From Spirochaetota bacterium (lineage in GTDB: Bacteria > Spirochaetota > Spirochaetia > Treponematales > Rectinemataceae): a DNA stretch of 62,017 nt. This document shows, piece after piece, positions 44,707 through 53,702 of the stretch (the stretch's first letter is position 1; the number at the start of each line of letters is the position of its first letter). The position numbers and the translations under genes were made by a program. A model generated the notes under the pieces. The model saw nothing but the letters and a program-made list of their open reading frames with translations. It had not been told where the DNA came from and did not search any database. The stretch lies in assembly GCA_037130415.1 (NCBI GenBank), contig JBAXTA010000001.1:1-62017 (forward strand), written 5' to 3'.

Positions 44707-45110
44707 CTCTTGGTTGTGACTATGAACTTCGCCGTCGCCTCCGCATAGATCGTTCCCGCCTCGTCGAGGATCTGCCCCTGCGTGGACATCACCCGGCCCC
44801 TCGTTTCGACGAGGCGCCCACGAACCAGGGCTCTCCCAGAGGTGGGCAGGGGCTTCTTGAAGCGGACCGTCATCTCGGCGGTCACCGCGCCCTCCGCCGC
44901 GTGCATGCAGGCGTGAGCCATCGCCTCGTCGAGCAGCGTCGACAGGAGCCCGCCGTGGGTGATCCCCTTCCATCCGGCGAACCATTCCGGGATAAACAGC
45001 GAGGTTTCGGCCCTCCCCTCCTCGGGGTAGGCAAAGGCCAGGTGCAAGCCGCGTTCGTTGTCGGCGCCACAGCAAAAGCAGTATTCGTTCCGCTGTACTT
45101 CTGGGGTCAT
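44700..45110 (-). CDS. PaaI-family hotdog-fold thioesterase
   Basis: 136 aa. Motif HGGLLSTLLDEAMAHA is typical of the PaaI/4HBT family. An N-terminal CxxC-like FCCG is present. Confidence 0.8.
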   Translation of the reverse strand: MTPEVQRNEYCFCCGADNERGLHLAFAYPEEGRAETSLFIPEWFAGWKGITHGGLLSTLLDEAMAHACMHAAEGAVTAEMTVRFKKPLPTSGRALVRGRLVETRGRVMSTQGQILDEAGTIYAEATAKFIVTTKRP

Positions 45111-45343
45111 GTTCCAGTACTCCTTGGTTGAAGTGGCGATTTTTGAAGGCTGAATTCCATCTCTCCCCTAGATAAAGATATAATAATGGCTACACTTTAG
45201 GTATGCCCTTGTGTACACGCTTCCAGGTTGGATGGCGCGTTTTCCAGAGGCATCAAATTATATTTCGATAATATACATGAAAATACAGTGCTCGGAACAG
45301 CTGATCCGGCTTCATCTGGCTCAAGTTGCCTTGGGGGGGCGCA

Positions 45344-46873
45344 ATGGCAGCGGAAAAACAGACTGTGCTTTCCACATATATTGTCTTTGCTTCAGCCTTG
45401 GTGCTGGTACTTGCCCATGCGGCCTGCATGTTGCCCACCATTGGCCTTGCCGGGACTGCTTCACTCGCCCTCAAGATCGAGCTTGGTGTCGGGGGACAGA
45501 CCAGCGCAGCAGCGTTGGCGCAATCTGCGGGCTCCTCGAGGCTGGTTCTTCCCACGGCAAAGAGCCTTACCGTAGTGCTGACCCCGAAGGCCAAGGGGCT
45601 TGAAGCCAAGACCCAGACCCTTACACTGCAGGCCCAGAATCTCCTCAATTTCCGCAACCTTCCTATAGGCAGCTATTCTATTCTCGCGACTGCGTTTGCC
45701 GGCGCGGCAGGTTCCGGGGCGAGCTTGTTTTCGCAGACGGTCGAGTTCGACTTTGCTCCTGCAACGAACTACCTCGGGCTCTATCTCCTACCCTTGGCGC
45801 CCTTCGCTCCCGACCTTGCAAAGTCCCCGGTCGGGCAGCGCGTCACGGGGAACCTCGATGCCGGCCAGTCGGCGACCTGGCAGCTACCCATTGAAGCCTT
45901 GCCTGAAAGCGGCGACTTCACTATCTGGATCAAGTCGATAGAAAAGATCCAGGCCTGTGGCCAGTACGGAAGCGGCGAACCCTTCACGGTCGCGACGGGC
46001 CGGAGTTCAGCTCTCCGCGGTACCTATGCGAAAGGGCCGGGCTACCTTAGCATTTACAACGCAGGCGCCTCAGCTCAATCCTATGAGTTCGTAACAAATC
46101 CCCTCTATGTCGATTACGACGCCAATGGTGCCAATTCCGCTGGCGCCCCCGTTGATCTTCTTGGATACCTTCTTGGAGAAGCTGCTACGGTTGCCGACAA
46201 AGCTAGTCTGACCTACACGGGCAAGACCTTCACGGGGTGGAACACGACCTCCGATGGAACAGGATCCACCTTTGGCCCTGGCTCTGCGCTGACAGTCAAT
46301 GCGAATACGACCCTGTATGCCCAGTGGATGGACAATTCCGCGCCGACCGCCGTCGTCACCTTCGATGTGCAGACGGGAACCACGACGACCAAGACCGTCT
46401 TGATCGGGAAGCCTGTCGCAAAGCCGGCCGACCCCACGCGGCCAAACTACAGCTTTGGCGGCTGGTACACCGAAGCAGCCTGTGTGAGTTTCTATGATTT
46501 CTCCTCAGCAGTGACGGCCGCCATGACGCTCTATGCGAAGTGGCTTTCCCCGCCTGCAATCTCGATAGATCTTGCAAATCCCTCCCAGCCTGTTGTGAGC
46601 TTTACCAACACGAATACTGGCACGACGCCTTCGCTCAGCACGGGGAAGGCTGAAAGCATGACGGTTACAGCCTCCGCTGCTGCCAGCAAGAACTGGCTCT
46701 GGACCATCGACGGCAACTCGGCTTCCACGGCGCTCGGGCCGAACGGCACATCAAGTATCTCAGTCACCGCCGATGGCTCGCTGTCCCCCGGTATGCACCA
46801 ATTAGTGCTATTCTTTGACGATGCGGCAGCCATGAGGCACTCGGCAACCGTCTCGTTCAAGGTTACGGAGTGA
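45344..46873 (+). CDS. Surface lipoprotein P1 with two InlB B-repeat (Listeria-Bacteroides repeat) domains
   Basis: The ORF track starts at TTG 45326. ATG 45344 follows a GGGGGG run. Signal plus Cys (VFASALVLVLAHAAC). B-repeat motifs YTGKTFTGWNTTSDGTGSTFGPGSALTVNANTTLYAQW and PNYSFGGWYTEAACVSFYDF..MTLYAKW. Confidence 0.8.
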   Translation: MAAEKQTVLSTYIVFASALVLVLAHAACMLPTIGLAGTASLALKIELGVGGQTSAAALAQSAGSSRLVLPTAKSLTVVLTPKAKGLEAKTQTLTLQAQNLLNFRNLPIGSYSILATAFAGAAGSGASLFSQTVEFDFAPATNYLGLYLLPLAPFAPDLAKSPVGQRVTGNLDAGQSATWQLPIEALPESGDFTIWIKSIEKIQACGQYGSGEPFTVATGRSSALRGTYAKGPGYLSIYNAGASAQSYEFVTNPLYVDYDANGANSAGAPVDLLGYLLGEAATVADKASLTYTGKTFTGWNTTSDGTGSTFGPGSALTVNANTTLYAQWMDNSAPTAVVTFDVQTGTTTTKTVLIGKPVAKPADPTRPNYSFGGWYTEAACVSFYDFSSAVTAAMTLYAKWLSPPAISIDLANPSQPVVSFTNTNTGTTPSLSTGKAESMTVTASAAASKNWLWTIDGNSASTALGPNGTSSISVTADGSLSPGMHQLVLFFDDAAAMRHSATVSFKVTE

Positions 46874-48552
46874 TGGGCATGCCCAAGATCACCTGGCGGC
46901 TTCCCGGCGCAGCGGTCGCGGGAATCATGGTTCTGGCCCTCGGGGCCTGTTCCCTGCCCCTTCCCTGGCTAGCAAAGCCTTCTGACAAGGCGTCGCTCGA
47001 GGTTCGCTTGCCATCAGTCCCAGATGCTGCAGATGCATCTCGCATCATTGGCTCCAGGGACATCGTTCCTTCGCCGCTGACGACCGCCGACCTGAAGTAT
47101 CGCGTCGAACTCTCGCCGCAAAGCGGAGATCCCGTTGTTCGAGACAGCCTGGCCGTGACCGCCATTGCTGTAGACGGACTCGTTCCCGGGAAATGGAACC
47201 TCAAGGTAACGGGCTATCTGACTGCAGCCAATGACCTCTTCCAGGACAGCGTCCCCGTGGACCTAGTCGCAGGTCCTAATACTGTCAATCTTGTGCTGAA
47301 ACCCCTGCAAACTCCATCAACAGGGCTTGGCAACATCTCCCTCTTCATCAGCTGGCCTGCGGGTCAGGTCGATTCGGCTACTGCCTACCTGGCGACCGAC
47401 CCAGCGAGGCTCCGCGACACCGCCTTGAAAGCAGGCGAACTGAGTACGGTCAACGCGACTTCAAGCACCCTGACGCTCAGCAAGACTGATATCCCAAGTG
47501 GGACCTACTATCTGACGGTGGATCTCATGATGGGAACCGCCCTTGCGGCCACGGTCATCGAAGTTGTTCAGATCTATGATTATAGGACGAGCAAGGCAGC
47601 CATCGTCCTGGACGGGAAGATCTCCCGGCCACCCGACGCCCCAACGAAACTGGCAGTCGCTTCCAGGAAAAATGACGGAATCGATTTTTCGTGGCTGGAC
47701 AACTCCAATACCGAAACGGGTTACGAATTCCATGATGGCATCAAATGGCAAAAGCTGAACGCTGGAACTGCTTCCTATTCCGTGGCCGCACCGCCAATAG
47801 TCGCGACGACATACAAGGTTCGAGCGACAAATCCATTTGGAGCCTCCACCGAGATCAGCTATGCCTTTGCCCCCTGCTTTGTGACCTATTCGGCGAATAC
47901 AGGGGATAAGGGGACAGCGCCGGTCGATGCCTATGTGTACGAGGCAGGAAGCAGCGCAAAGGCCATGGCAATTGGTACCATGGCGAAGACCGGCTTTTCA
48001 TTCGCGGGCTGGAACACGAACGCGGGAGGGACGGGAACAGCCTATAACCCAGCGGATTCCTTTGTGCTGCCTGCAGGGGGGATGACGCTCTACGCGCAGT
48101 GGACGCCGAATACGGCGGCGATCACCATCTCCCTTGCAAATCCCTTTGATGATACGTCCGGTTCCCTCGACCCGGACAAATCAGGGTTGGCCCTTGGCTC
48201 TTCGATCAGCTCTAGCGATCCCGGAAATACAGGCCAGTCTCTAGATTCCATCCGTGCGATCCTGGACCGTGCGAAGGGCGAATCGGTCACGCTTACGGCC
48301 ACGGGAGGAAGCTATACCAACTACAAGTGGATGCTCTCCGGCTCTGGAGTATTGCCCGTGCTTACAGGCACACTTTCCTCCTCGGCAATACTGACAACCG
48401 ATGCTACGACAGAACTCGCCGTCGTTACAGTAACCCTCGCTTTCGGAAACGGCAGAAACACCAAGGGCCTTCCCCTCTACCAGTACACCAGGTCTCTGCG
48501 GATCCAGATTGTAGACTTGACGCAGGCTCTACCCAGTGGAGGGATGCGCTAA
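46870..48552 (+). CDS. Surface lipoprotein P2 (shared N-terminal modules - FN3-like - InlB B-repeat - C-terminal Ig-like region)
   Basis: GTG 46870 or ATG 46873 overlaps the P1 stop. Lipobox IMVLALGAC. FN3-like PPDAPTKLAVASRKNDGIDFSWLDNSNTETGYEF. B-repeat KTGFSFAGWNTNAGGTGTAYNPADSFVLPAGGMTLYAQW. Confidence 0.85.
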   Translation: MMGMPKITWRLPGAAVAGIMVLALGACSLPLPWLAKPSDKASLEVRLPSVPDAADASRIIGSRDIVPSPLTTADLKYRVELSPQSGDPVVRDSLAVTAIAVDGLVPGKWNLKVTGYLTAANDLFQDSVPVDLVAGPNTVNLVLKPLQTPSTGLGNISLFISWPAGQVDSATAYLATDPARLRDTALKAGELSTVNATSSTLTLSKTDIPSGTYYLTVDLMMGTALAATVIEVVQIYDYRTSKAAIVLDGKISRPPDAPTKLAVASRKNDGIDFSWLDNSNTETGYEFHDGIKWQKLNAGTASYSVAAPPIVATTYKVRATNPFGASTEISYAFAPCFVTYSANTGDKGTAPVDAYVYEAGSSAKAMAIGTMAKTGFSFAGWNTNAGGTGTAYNPADSFVLPAGGMTLYAQWTPNTAAITISLANPFDDTSGSLDPDKSGLALGSSISSSDPGNTGQSLDSIRAILDRAKGESVTLTATGGSYTNYKWMLSGSGVLPVLTGTLSSSAILTTDATTELAVVTVTLAFGNGRNTKGLPLYQYTRSLRIQIVDLTQALPSGGMR

Positions 48553-50249
48553 TGGGCATTATACTGTCTCCACGAGGTATCCGTGCTTTCGGTATTTCAG
48601 GATCGAGGGTTATTGTACTGCTTGCTATCACGATGGCGGCATTTGCTACGATGTCCTGCTCGAATATCCTGGCCTGGGTAGGGTTGGGTCAGACGGGATC
48701 CTTGCAGGTCGAGCTCCAGCAGTCGGGAAGCGGTTCGCGAACAATCCTGCCGCCGGTCGTTTTGCCAACCGACCTCCTTTTCGACTTGGCCCTTGCGAGG
48801 GGAACAGCTTCCATTACGGCGACTGGCCTGTCGGCCGATAAGCTCGCCCTCTCTGCCATCCCCCCGAGCGAAGGCGGAAAAAGCGACTGGACGCTCACAG
48901 CAAGGGGCAAGAAGGGTGCACTTTCCCTATTCAGCGGAAGCCTGGCGCTGACAATCAATGTCGGGGCGAACACAGCCACGCTGATCCTCGCTCCCCTCCA
49001 GACCTCCACTGGCATGGGAGACCTGGTTTTCACTCTTTCCTGGCCGCACAACCTGCTTGATGCCAGCAATTCAGGTGATTCGGTCGCATTATACTGGACA
49101 CCCAACATCAACGAGGCTGAAACAAGGGCAGACGCGGCGAGAATGAGCGGCGATTCGGTATCGACGACATTGGGGTATGTCCAGAAAGTCCTGATCGATT
49201 CGACCAAGTACAAGATACCGATAGCGAGTGGCAATTACTTCCTTGTGATCGATCTGAAAAAGAGCGGATTGGTCGTGGCTTCGGTGATGGAAATGGTGCG
49301 GATTTTCGATGGCCAGACGAGCATCGGAACAGTGGCTCTCGATGAGCTCGATATATCCAGTCCTCCTGATGCGCCGACATTCTGCCGGCACGTGAATACT
49401 GGCGTCCCTATGAGAGGGAGTGCCCCGGTGGATGGTAGCCTTAGTATTCGTTTTGATTGGACAGACGTCAGCGACACAGAGACTGAATATCGTATCTATG
49501 ACGATACTACTTCCACTTTGCTTGTGACCCTGCCCTTCGGTACGGAGTATCATGTCAAGACGTCTCTTGACCCCTTCCATAATTACTCCATTGCTGCCGC
49601 CAATGCTTTCGGAGAATCGTTGCGCGTGCCCTGTGAGGATGCGGGCAGCCTTGGCATCACGGTAACGCCGGCTACGATCGATCTTATCGGTCCTGCCGAA
49701 ATCATAGACGGTGCGAGCGTGTCTTACACGGCTGTGCCAGAGGGCATGACCGGAAGCGCTTCCTGCCAATGGTACGTGAATGGTGAGCCTGTGGGGGCAA
49801 ACGCGGATAGCCTTGGCTTCATCGTCGGACAGCGCGTTGGCATCGAGGCAGGGAAGAACCGGATTGGCGTTGTCGCAACAGTGGGTGGGCGCAACTATTC
49901 ATCCGAAATGACGGTTACTTGTCTACCTTTCGATATTGCAGTTACCGAGGGTGCCGTTGGTTCTACCATTACCTGCCGCTATGCCGACGGAAAGTATATA
50001 ATTCACAATCACGTCTATCTTACAGCTGTAGGAGCAATATATGACGACTATCAATGGTCGTATTCCAATACAGAAGATGGCGATTCAGGAACTTTATCGT
50101 TTGTTTCTGGTTCCTGTTATGATGCCTATGTCGGCGATGGACTGTTGATCGATAGCTCCTATAATGTCACTGTCAAAGTGAGAGTCAGCAAGGGGTCTAT
50201 CTGGTCCGAAAAGACGGTGGATCTCCATAATTATTCCGGCCCCCAATAA
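48552..50249 (+). CDS. Surface lipoprotein P3 (shared N-terminal modules - FN3-like - Ig-like regions)
   Basis: The ORF track extends upstream to 48327 inside P2. ATG 48552 forms a TAATG overlap with the P2 stop. Signal plus Cys (VIVLLAITMAAFATMSC). FN3-like PPDAPT..IRFDWTDVSDTETEYRIYD. Confidence 0.85.
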   Translation: MGIILSPRGIRAFGISGSRVIVLLAITMAAFATMSCSNILAWVGLGQTGSLQVELQQSGSGSRTILPPVVLPTDLLFDLALARGTASITATGLSADKLALSAIPPSEGGKSDWTLTARGKKGALSLFSGSLALTINVGANTATLILAPLQTSTGMGDLVFTLSWPHNLLDASNSGDSVALYWTPNINEAETRADAARMSGDSVSTTLGYVQKVLIDSTKYKIPIASGNYFLVIDLKKSGLVVASVMEMVRIFDGQTSIGTVALDELDISSPPDAPTFCRHVNTGVPMRGSAPVDGSLSIRFDWTDVSDTETEYRIYDDTTSTLLVTLPFGTEYHVKTSLDPFHNYSIAAANAFGESLRVPCEDAGSLGITVTPATIDLIGPAEIIDGASVSYTAVPEGMTGSASCQWYVNGEPVGANADSLGFIVGQRVGIEAGKNRIGVVATVGGRNYSSEMTVTCLPFDIAVTEGAVGSTITCRYADGKYIIHNHVYLTAVGAIYDDYQWSYSNTEDGDSGTLSFVSGSCYDAYVGDGLLIDSSYNVTVKVRVSKGSIWSEKTVDLHNYSGPQ

Positions 50250-50260
50250 GGCGGGTAGTC

Positions 50261-51334
50261 ATGAAACGCCATATTGCTGTACTTGCTGCGTTTTCGGTGA
50301 TCGCACTACTTTCGGGTTGCCAATGGCTTTTCGGCACTCAAGGAACCTCCCAAACCAAAGGCAGCTTGGTTATTTCGGTGAGCGAGGTGGTGGGGAGAGG
50401 TTTTTCCGCGCGTACCGTTACGCCTCAGGCTGATTATTACAGGGTGCGCGTCTTTTCAGGCTCTTCTCTCGTTCTCGATCATACTCATGTCTTGAATGTC
50501 GCTGATCCGATCTTCCTCAATGTGGGGATGTCATTTTCGATCCAGGTAGATTCCTTCGATGGTTCGGACAGGGCACTCTATTCAGGGTCAACGACTGTTA
50601 TGATGAACAATGGAACCAACAATGCACAAGTTTTCCTGAGCAGCGTGGAAATGACCAAGGCAGGGACGGGTAATTTTGTCGTGACCTATGAGTGGCCCGA
50701 CATACCGACAAGGATCGCTATCGATCCATTCGTCGCGTCAGTCGGCTTTTCTCTCCAGGCGGTCTCAGTCCCCGGAGCGGCTTCTGGTGCAGAGTTTGTG
50801 GATGATACCCGGGTTCATCATTCATCCAGCACCTTGCCTGTTGATCCTGTCACCAAGAAGCTCGACCCGGCCCAAATAGAGGCTACCGACCTCCCAAGCG
50901 GCGAATACCGGCTCAGGCTCAATGTGACGAGTCCTGCCGGCCATGTTTCGACGATAAGCGAAATCGTGCATGTTTTTGATGACAGACTGAGCGCAAAGAC
51001 GATCAGGCTGACCGATCAGGACCTTCCGCTTTCCTATCAGAAACCTGCATCGCCCTATGTCTGGTTCAACACGACGAGCAATTCCTATATCCTTTCCTGG
51101 GAGTTGGGCTCTGAGTATGGACTTACTGGCTATCGCGTCACCTGCGGCATTTCCGGCTTCTATCCTTGGGACTACATGACGATCTCAGTCGATGATGTCG
51201 ATTCGATGGGAGTGCTCAATGTGGATCTTGGAGCATCTGAGCCACCGAACGGTGCCATATTCAAAGTAAGCGCCTTCTATGCGGATGGGGGAGTATCCTT
51301 CTCCGACAGCAACGCTTTCATCGTTTTGGGGTGA
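50261..51334 (+). CDS. Surface lipoprotein P4 (shared N-terminal modules - FN3-like); probably the N-terminal part of a larger frame-broken gene
   Basis: Lipobox AFSVIALLSGC. Paralogous to P2 and P3 (TGNFVVTYEWP; GEYRLRLNVTSPAGHVSTISEIVHVFDDRLSAKTIRLTD). It ends at TGA 51332-51334 inside a ttttgggg run. Confidence 0.8.
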   Translation: MKRHIAVLAAFSVIALLSGCQWLFGTQGTSQTKGSLVISVSEVVGRGFSARTVTPQADYYRVRVFSGSSLVLDHTHVLNVADPIFLNVGMSFSIQVDSFDGSDRALYSGSTTVMMNNGTNNAQVFLSSVEMTKAGTGNFVVTYEWPDIPTRIAIDPFVASVGFSLQAVSVPGAASGAEFVDDTRVHHSSSTLPVDPVTKKLDPAQIEATDLPSGEYRLRLNVTSPAGHVSTISEIVHVFDDRLSAKTIRLTDQDLPLSYQKPASPYVWFNTTSNSYILSWELGSEYGLTGYRVTCGISGFYPWDYMTISVDDVDSMGVLNVDLGASEPPNGAIFKVSAFYADGGVSFSDSNAFIVLG

Positions 51335-53585
51335 TTTCAGCCTAACCGATCTGAATGTAACGATTCAAAATGATGGTAGCAACTATATTTCACAGCTTAT
51401 CGGCATTAGTTATACTGGGACCAGTCCGTCGTTCACCTATTCGTCTGATAATGTGGCGGTTGTGATTGTCCATAGTGGCGACGGCATGCTGCTGCCTATT
51501 GGTCCTGGATCGACGACGGTTCATGTTACGTGTGGATCCTATACGCATTCCTTCATTGTGACGGTGCCAGCTCTGCCTCCTGTGGCTGTTTGGTTGCTTG
51601 ATGGAAATTATGGCGACACTAGCGCCAATGGCAATACCTTGGCTTCCACCGGCTCACCCACATTTGTTAGCGGTCATAGACCGGGCATTCAGGCAGCCAA
51701 ATTCGATGGTTCCACGCAGTATGTCTCCTCGGTTCTCGCACCGGGTTTCAATGTCAACTACTACTCGATAAGCTTCTGGTTCAATGCTACAAGCCTCCCG
51801 GCTACAGGCATCATGGGCAACTTCTTCGAGTGCAACAACGGCAGTTCCGTGCTTGCCGGCGCCATCGACTCAGCAGGGACTGTCCGAATTATCCACTATA
51901 GCGGCAGTGGCAATCCCCATAATGTCTCTTCAACGGCCTATGGAACTGGCAGCTGGCACCACGTGGTTGCGACCTATGATGGAACCACGATGAATCTCAT
52001 CATTGACAACTCCTCTACGAAGTCGATGGCGGCGACCGGCAATGATGGCGTGAGTTCAATCTCGCTCGGTGCTGGAGCGGTCTACCATCAGAACTATTTC
52101 AACGGCGCAATGGATAGCTTCCGCATCTACAATCGCATTCTCACGGGTGCTGAGATCACTGCGCTCTATGGCGAAGGCGGCTATAGTGGAGGGGCGACGC
52201 GGAATGTCGGCTGGGCACGCGCGACAAACGAGTATACCGGTGAGAACACGTGGTTCCTAGGCATGGCTGTCGATCAGACCACGGGAAATCTGTGGAGGAC
52301 TGGATTGCATGCTGGGTCATTTGGCCAGCATTCCCTTGTAAAGACGGATCCGAATGGCGCAGCGCCGTCTATCGTGTCGGGCAGCTATACCAATGGCGCC
52401 GGTAGTTGGCTATCCGGAATTGCGATCGATTCCACGTCAAACGTCTATTTTGCCGGAGGCGGAAGCGGTATCGGAACATTTGCTGTCGGTACCAAATCCA
52501 TCGTGACCCCATATGGCGCCTGTCCCAATCTTGTCATCGGACAACTTGATTCGACCGGAGCCTGCGTCTGGCTCAAGACTCTTAGCTCCGCCCCGTACGG
52601 CACCGAATTTGGTCCTCTCGCCCTGGATGGAAGCGGGGGCCTCTTTGTTGTTGGAAGTGAGCCAACCTGGTCCGGACAGTCCTATGACTATGGAGGAACG
52701 GCTACCAACACGCCACCCGCGATTACCAGCGGAAATCATAATTTCGCTGTCGTCAAATACTCGACTGCAGGCGTGGGGCAATGGGCTCGCACTCCAATTA
52801 ACGCCACCAATTGGTCCTATTGCTACGGCATCGCCGCCAATGGCACAGGTGCCTGGGCTGTTGGTCAAGTCATGGGACCTGACGCCTTCAATTTCGGGGG
52901 TAGCTCTTCCTCAATAAGCGGAAGTTCAAATGGTTCGAACCTGGTCATCGTCAAGTACGATTCCAGCGGTAGTGCCCAATGGGCTACCACCACTTCAGCA
53001 GGATCAGGTGGCGGCGCGAGCCAATATAATGCTGTAGCGGTGGATGCGAGCGGCAATGCCTATGCAGCAGGATTTACTACAGGAACCACGATCGTGAATC
53101 TTGGCAACGGAAAGAGCGTTACTCCGGCCAGTTCTTCCTCGACAGCAACGACGGATACCAGTCTGGTGCTTGTAAAATATGATTCCACAGGCACGCCTCT
53201 CTGGGCTACCACCGTGGAATCTGGAACGGGAAGCTCAATCATAAATAGCCTTGCTATCGAGCCGAATGGCAATATTTTTGTGGGAGGCTCGATCGCAGGG
53301 AGTGGCGTTTTCAATCTTGGGAACGGAGTCACTGTCCAAGGAAGCGCATCTGCAGGCAATAACCTCTTTGTGGCTGAATATAATTCTGGTGGTAGCTCCC
53401 TCTGGGCGAGATCGACCAGCTCAGGGAATGTTGCCTCGCAGGTCACCAGCGTCGCCGTTGGTTCTAGCGGGCAGCTATATGCAACAGGCTATATGGATTT
53501 GGCGGGGACCTTGGGCGTTTCTGGCTCGATATCGGTCACAGGTCCAAGCTCTGCCCAGAACGCGATCTTGTTGGAGTATCAGTGA
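51279..53585 (+). CDS. Big_2 - LamG (Laminin_G_3-like) - SBBP beta-propeller-repeat protein P5; no signal peptide of its own, probably continues P4
   Basis: Big_2-like SDNVAVVIVHSGDGMLLPIGPGSTTVHVTCGS. LamG-like region (AKFDGSTQYV..ISFWFNA..WHHVVATYDGTTMNLIIDN..MDSFRIYNRILTGAEITALY). Repeated SBBP-like units (FAVVKYSTAGVGQWA, LVIVKYDSSGSAQWA, LVLVKYDSTGTPLWA, LFVAEYNSGGSSLWA). The first 17 codons overlap P4 out of frame. Confidence 0.75.
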   Translation: MRMGEYPSPTATLSSFWGDFSLTDLNVTIQNDGSNYISQLIGISYTGTSPSFTYSSDNVAVVIVHSGDGMLLPIGPGSTTVHVTCGSYTHSFIVTVPALPPVAVWLLDGNYGDTSANGNTLASTGSPTFVSGHRPGIQAAKFDGSTQYVSSVLAPGFNVNYYSISFWFNATSLPATGIMGNFFECNNGSSVLAGAIDSAGTVRIIHYSGSGNPHNVSSTAYGTGSWHHVVATYDGTTMNLIIDNSSTKSMAATGNDGVSSISLGAGAVYHQNYFNGAMDSFRIYNRILTGAEITALYGEGGYSGGATRNVGWARATNEYTGENTWFLGMAVDQTTGNLWRTGLHAGSFGQHSLVKTDPNGAAPSIVSGSYTNGAGSWLSGIAIDSTSNVYFAGGGSGIGTFAVGTKSIVTPYGACPNLVIGQLDSTGACVWLKTLSSAPYGTEFGPLALDGSGGLFVVGSEPTWSGQSYDYGGTATNTPPAITSGNHNFAVVKYSTAGVGQWARTPINATNWSYCYGIAANGTGAWAVGQVMGPDAFNFGGSSSSISGSSNGSNLVIVKYDSSGSAQWATTTSAGSGGGASQYNAVAVDASGNAYAAGFTTGTTIVNLGNGKSVTPASSSSTATTDTSLVLVKYDSTGTPLWATTVESGTGSSIINSLAIEPNGNIFVGGSIAGSGVFNLGNGVTVQGSASAGNNLFVAEYNSGGSSLWARSTSSGNVASQVTSVAVGSSGQLYATGYMDLAGTLGVSGSISVTGPSSAQNAILLEYQ

Positions 53586-53702
53586 TTGTTATTGGACATC
53601 GCTTCCCTTGAGTATGTAATAGTAGTGAAGAAAAGCAGATCATCGGCACGGCAATCTGCTATACTCATAGCTTCCATCAATCGAGACATATGGAGTTAAT
53701 AC

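Noticed and set aside
45111-45343. Long A/T-rich leader upstream of the lipoprotein array, examined for a c-di-GMP or other riboswitch
   Set aside because: I could find no recognisable conserved riboswitch motifs by eye. Only a TATAAT hexamer (45179-45184) with a poor -35 stands out, so it is mentioned under the array finding rather than called as a feature.
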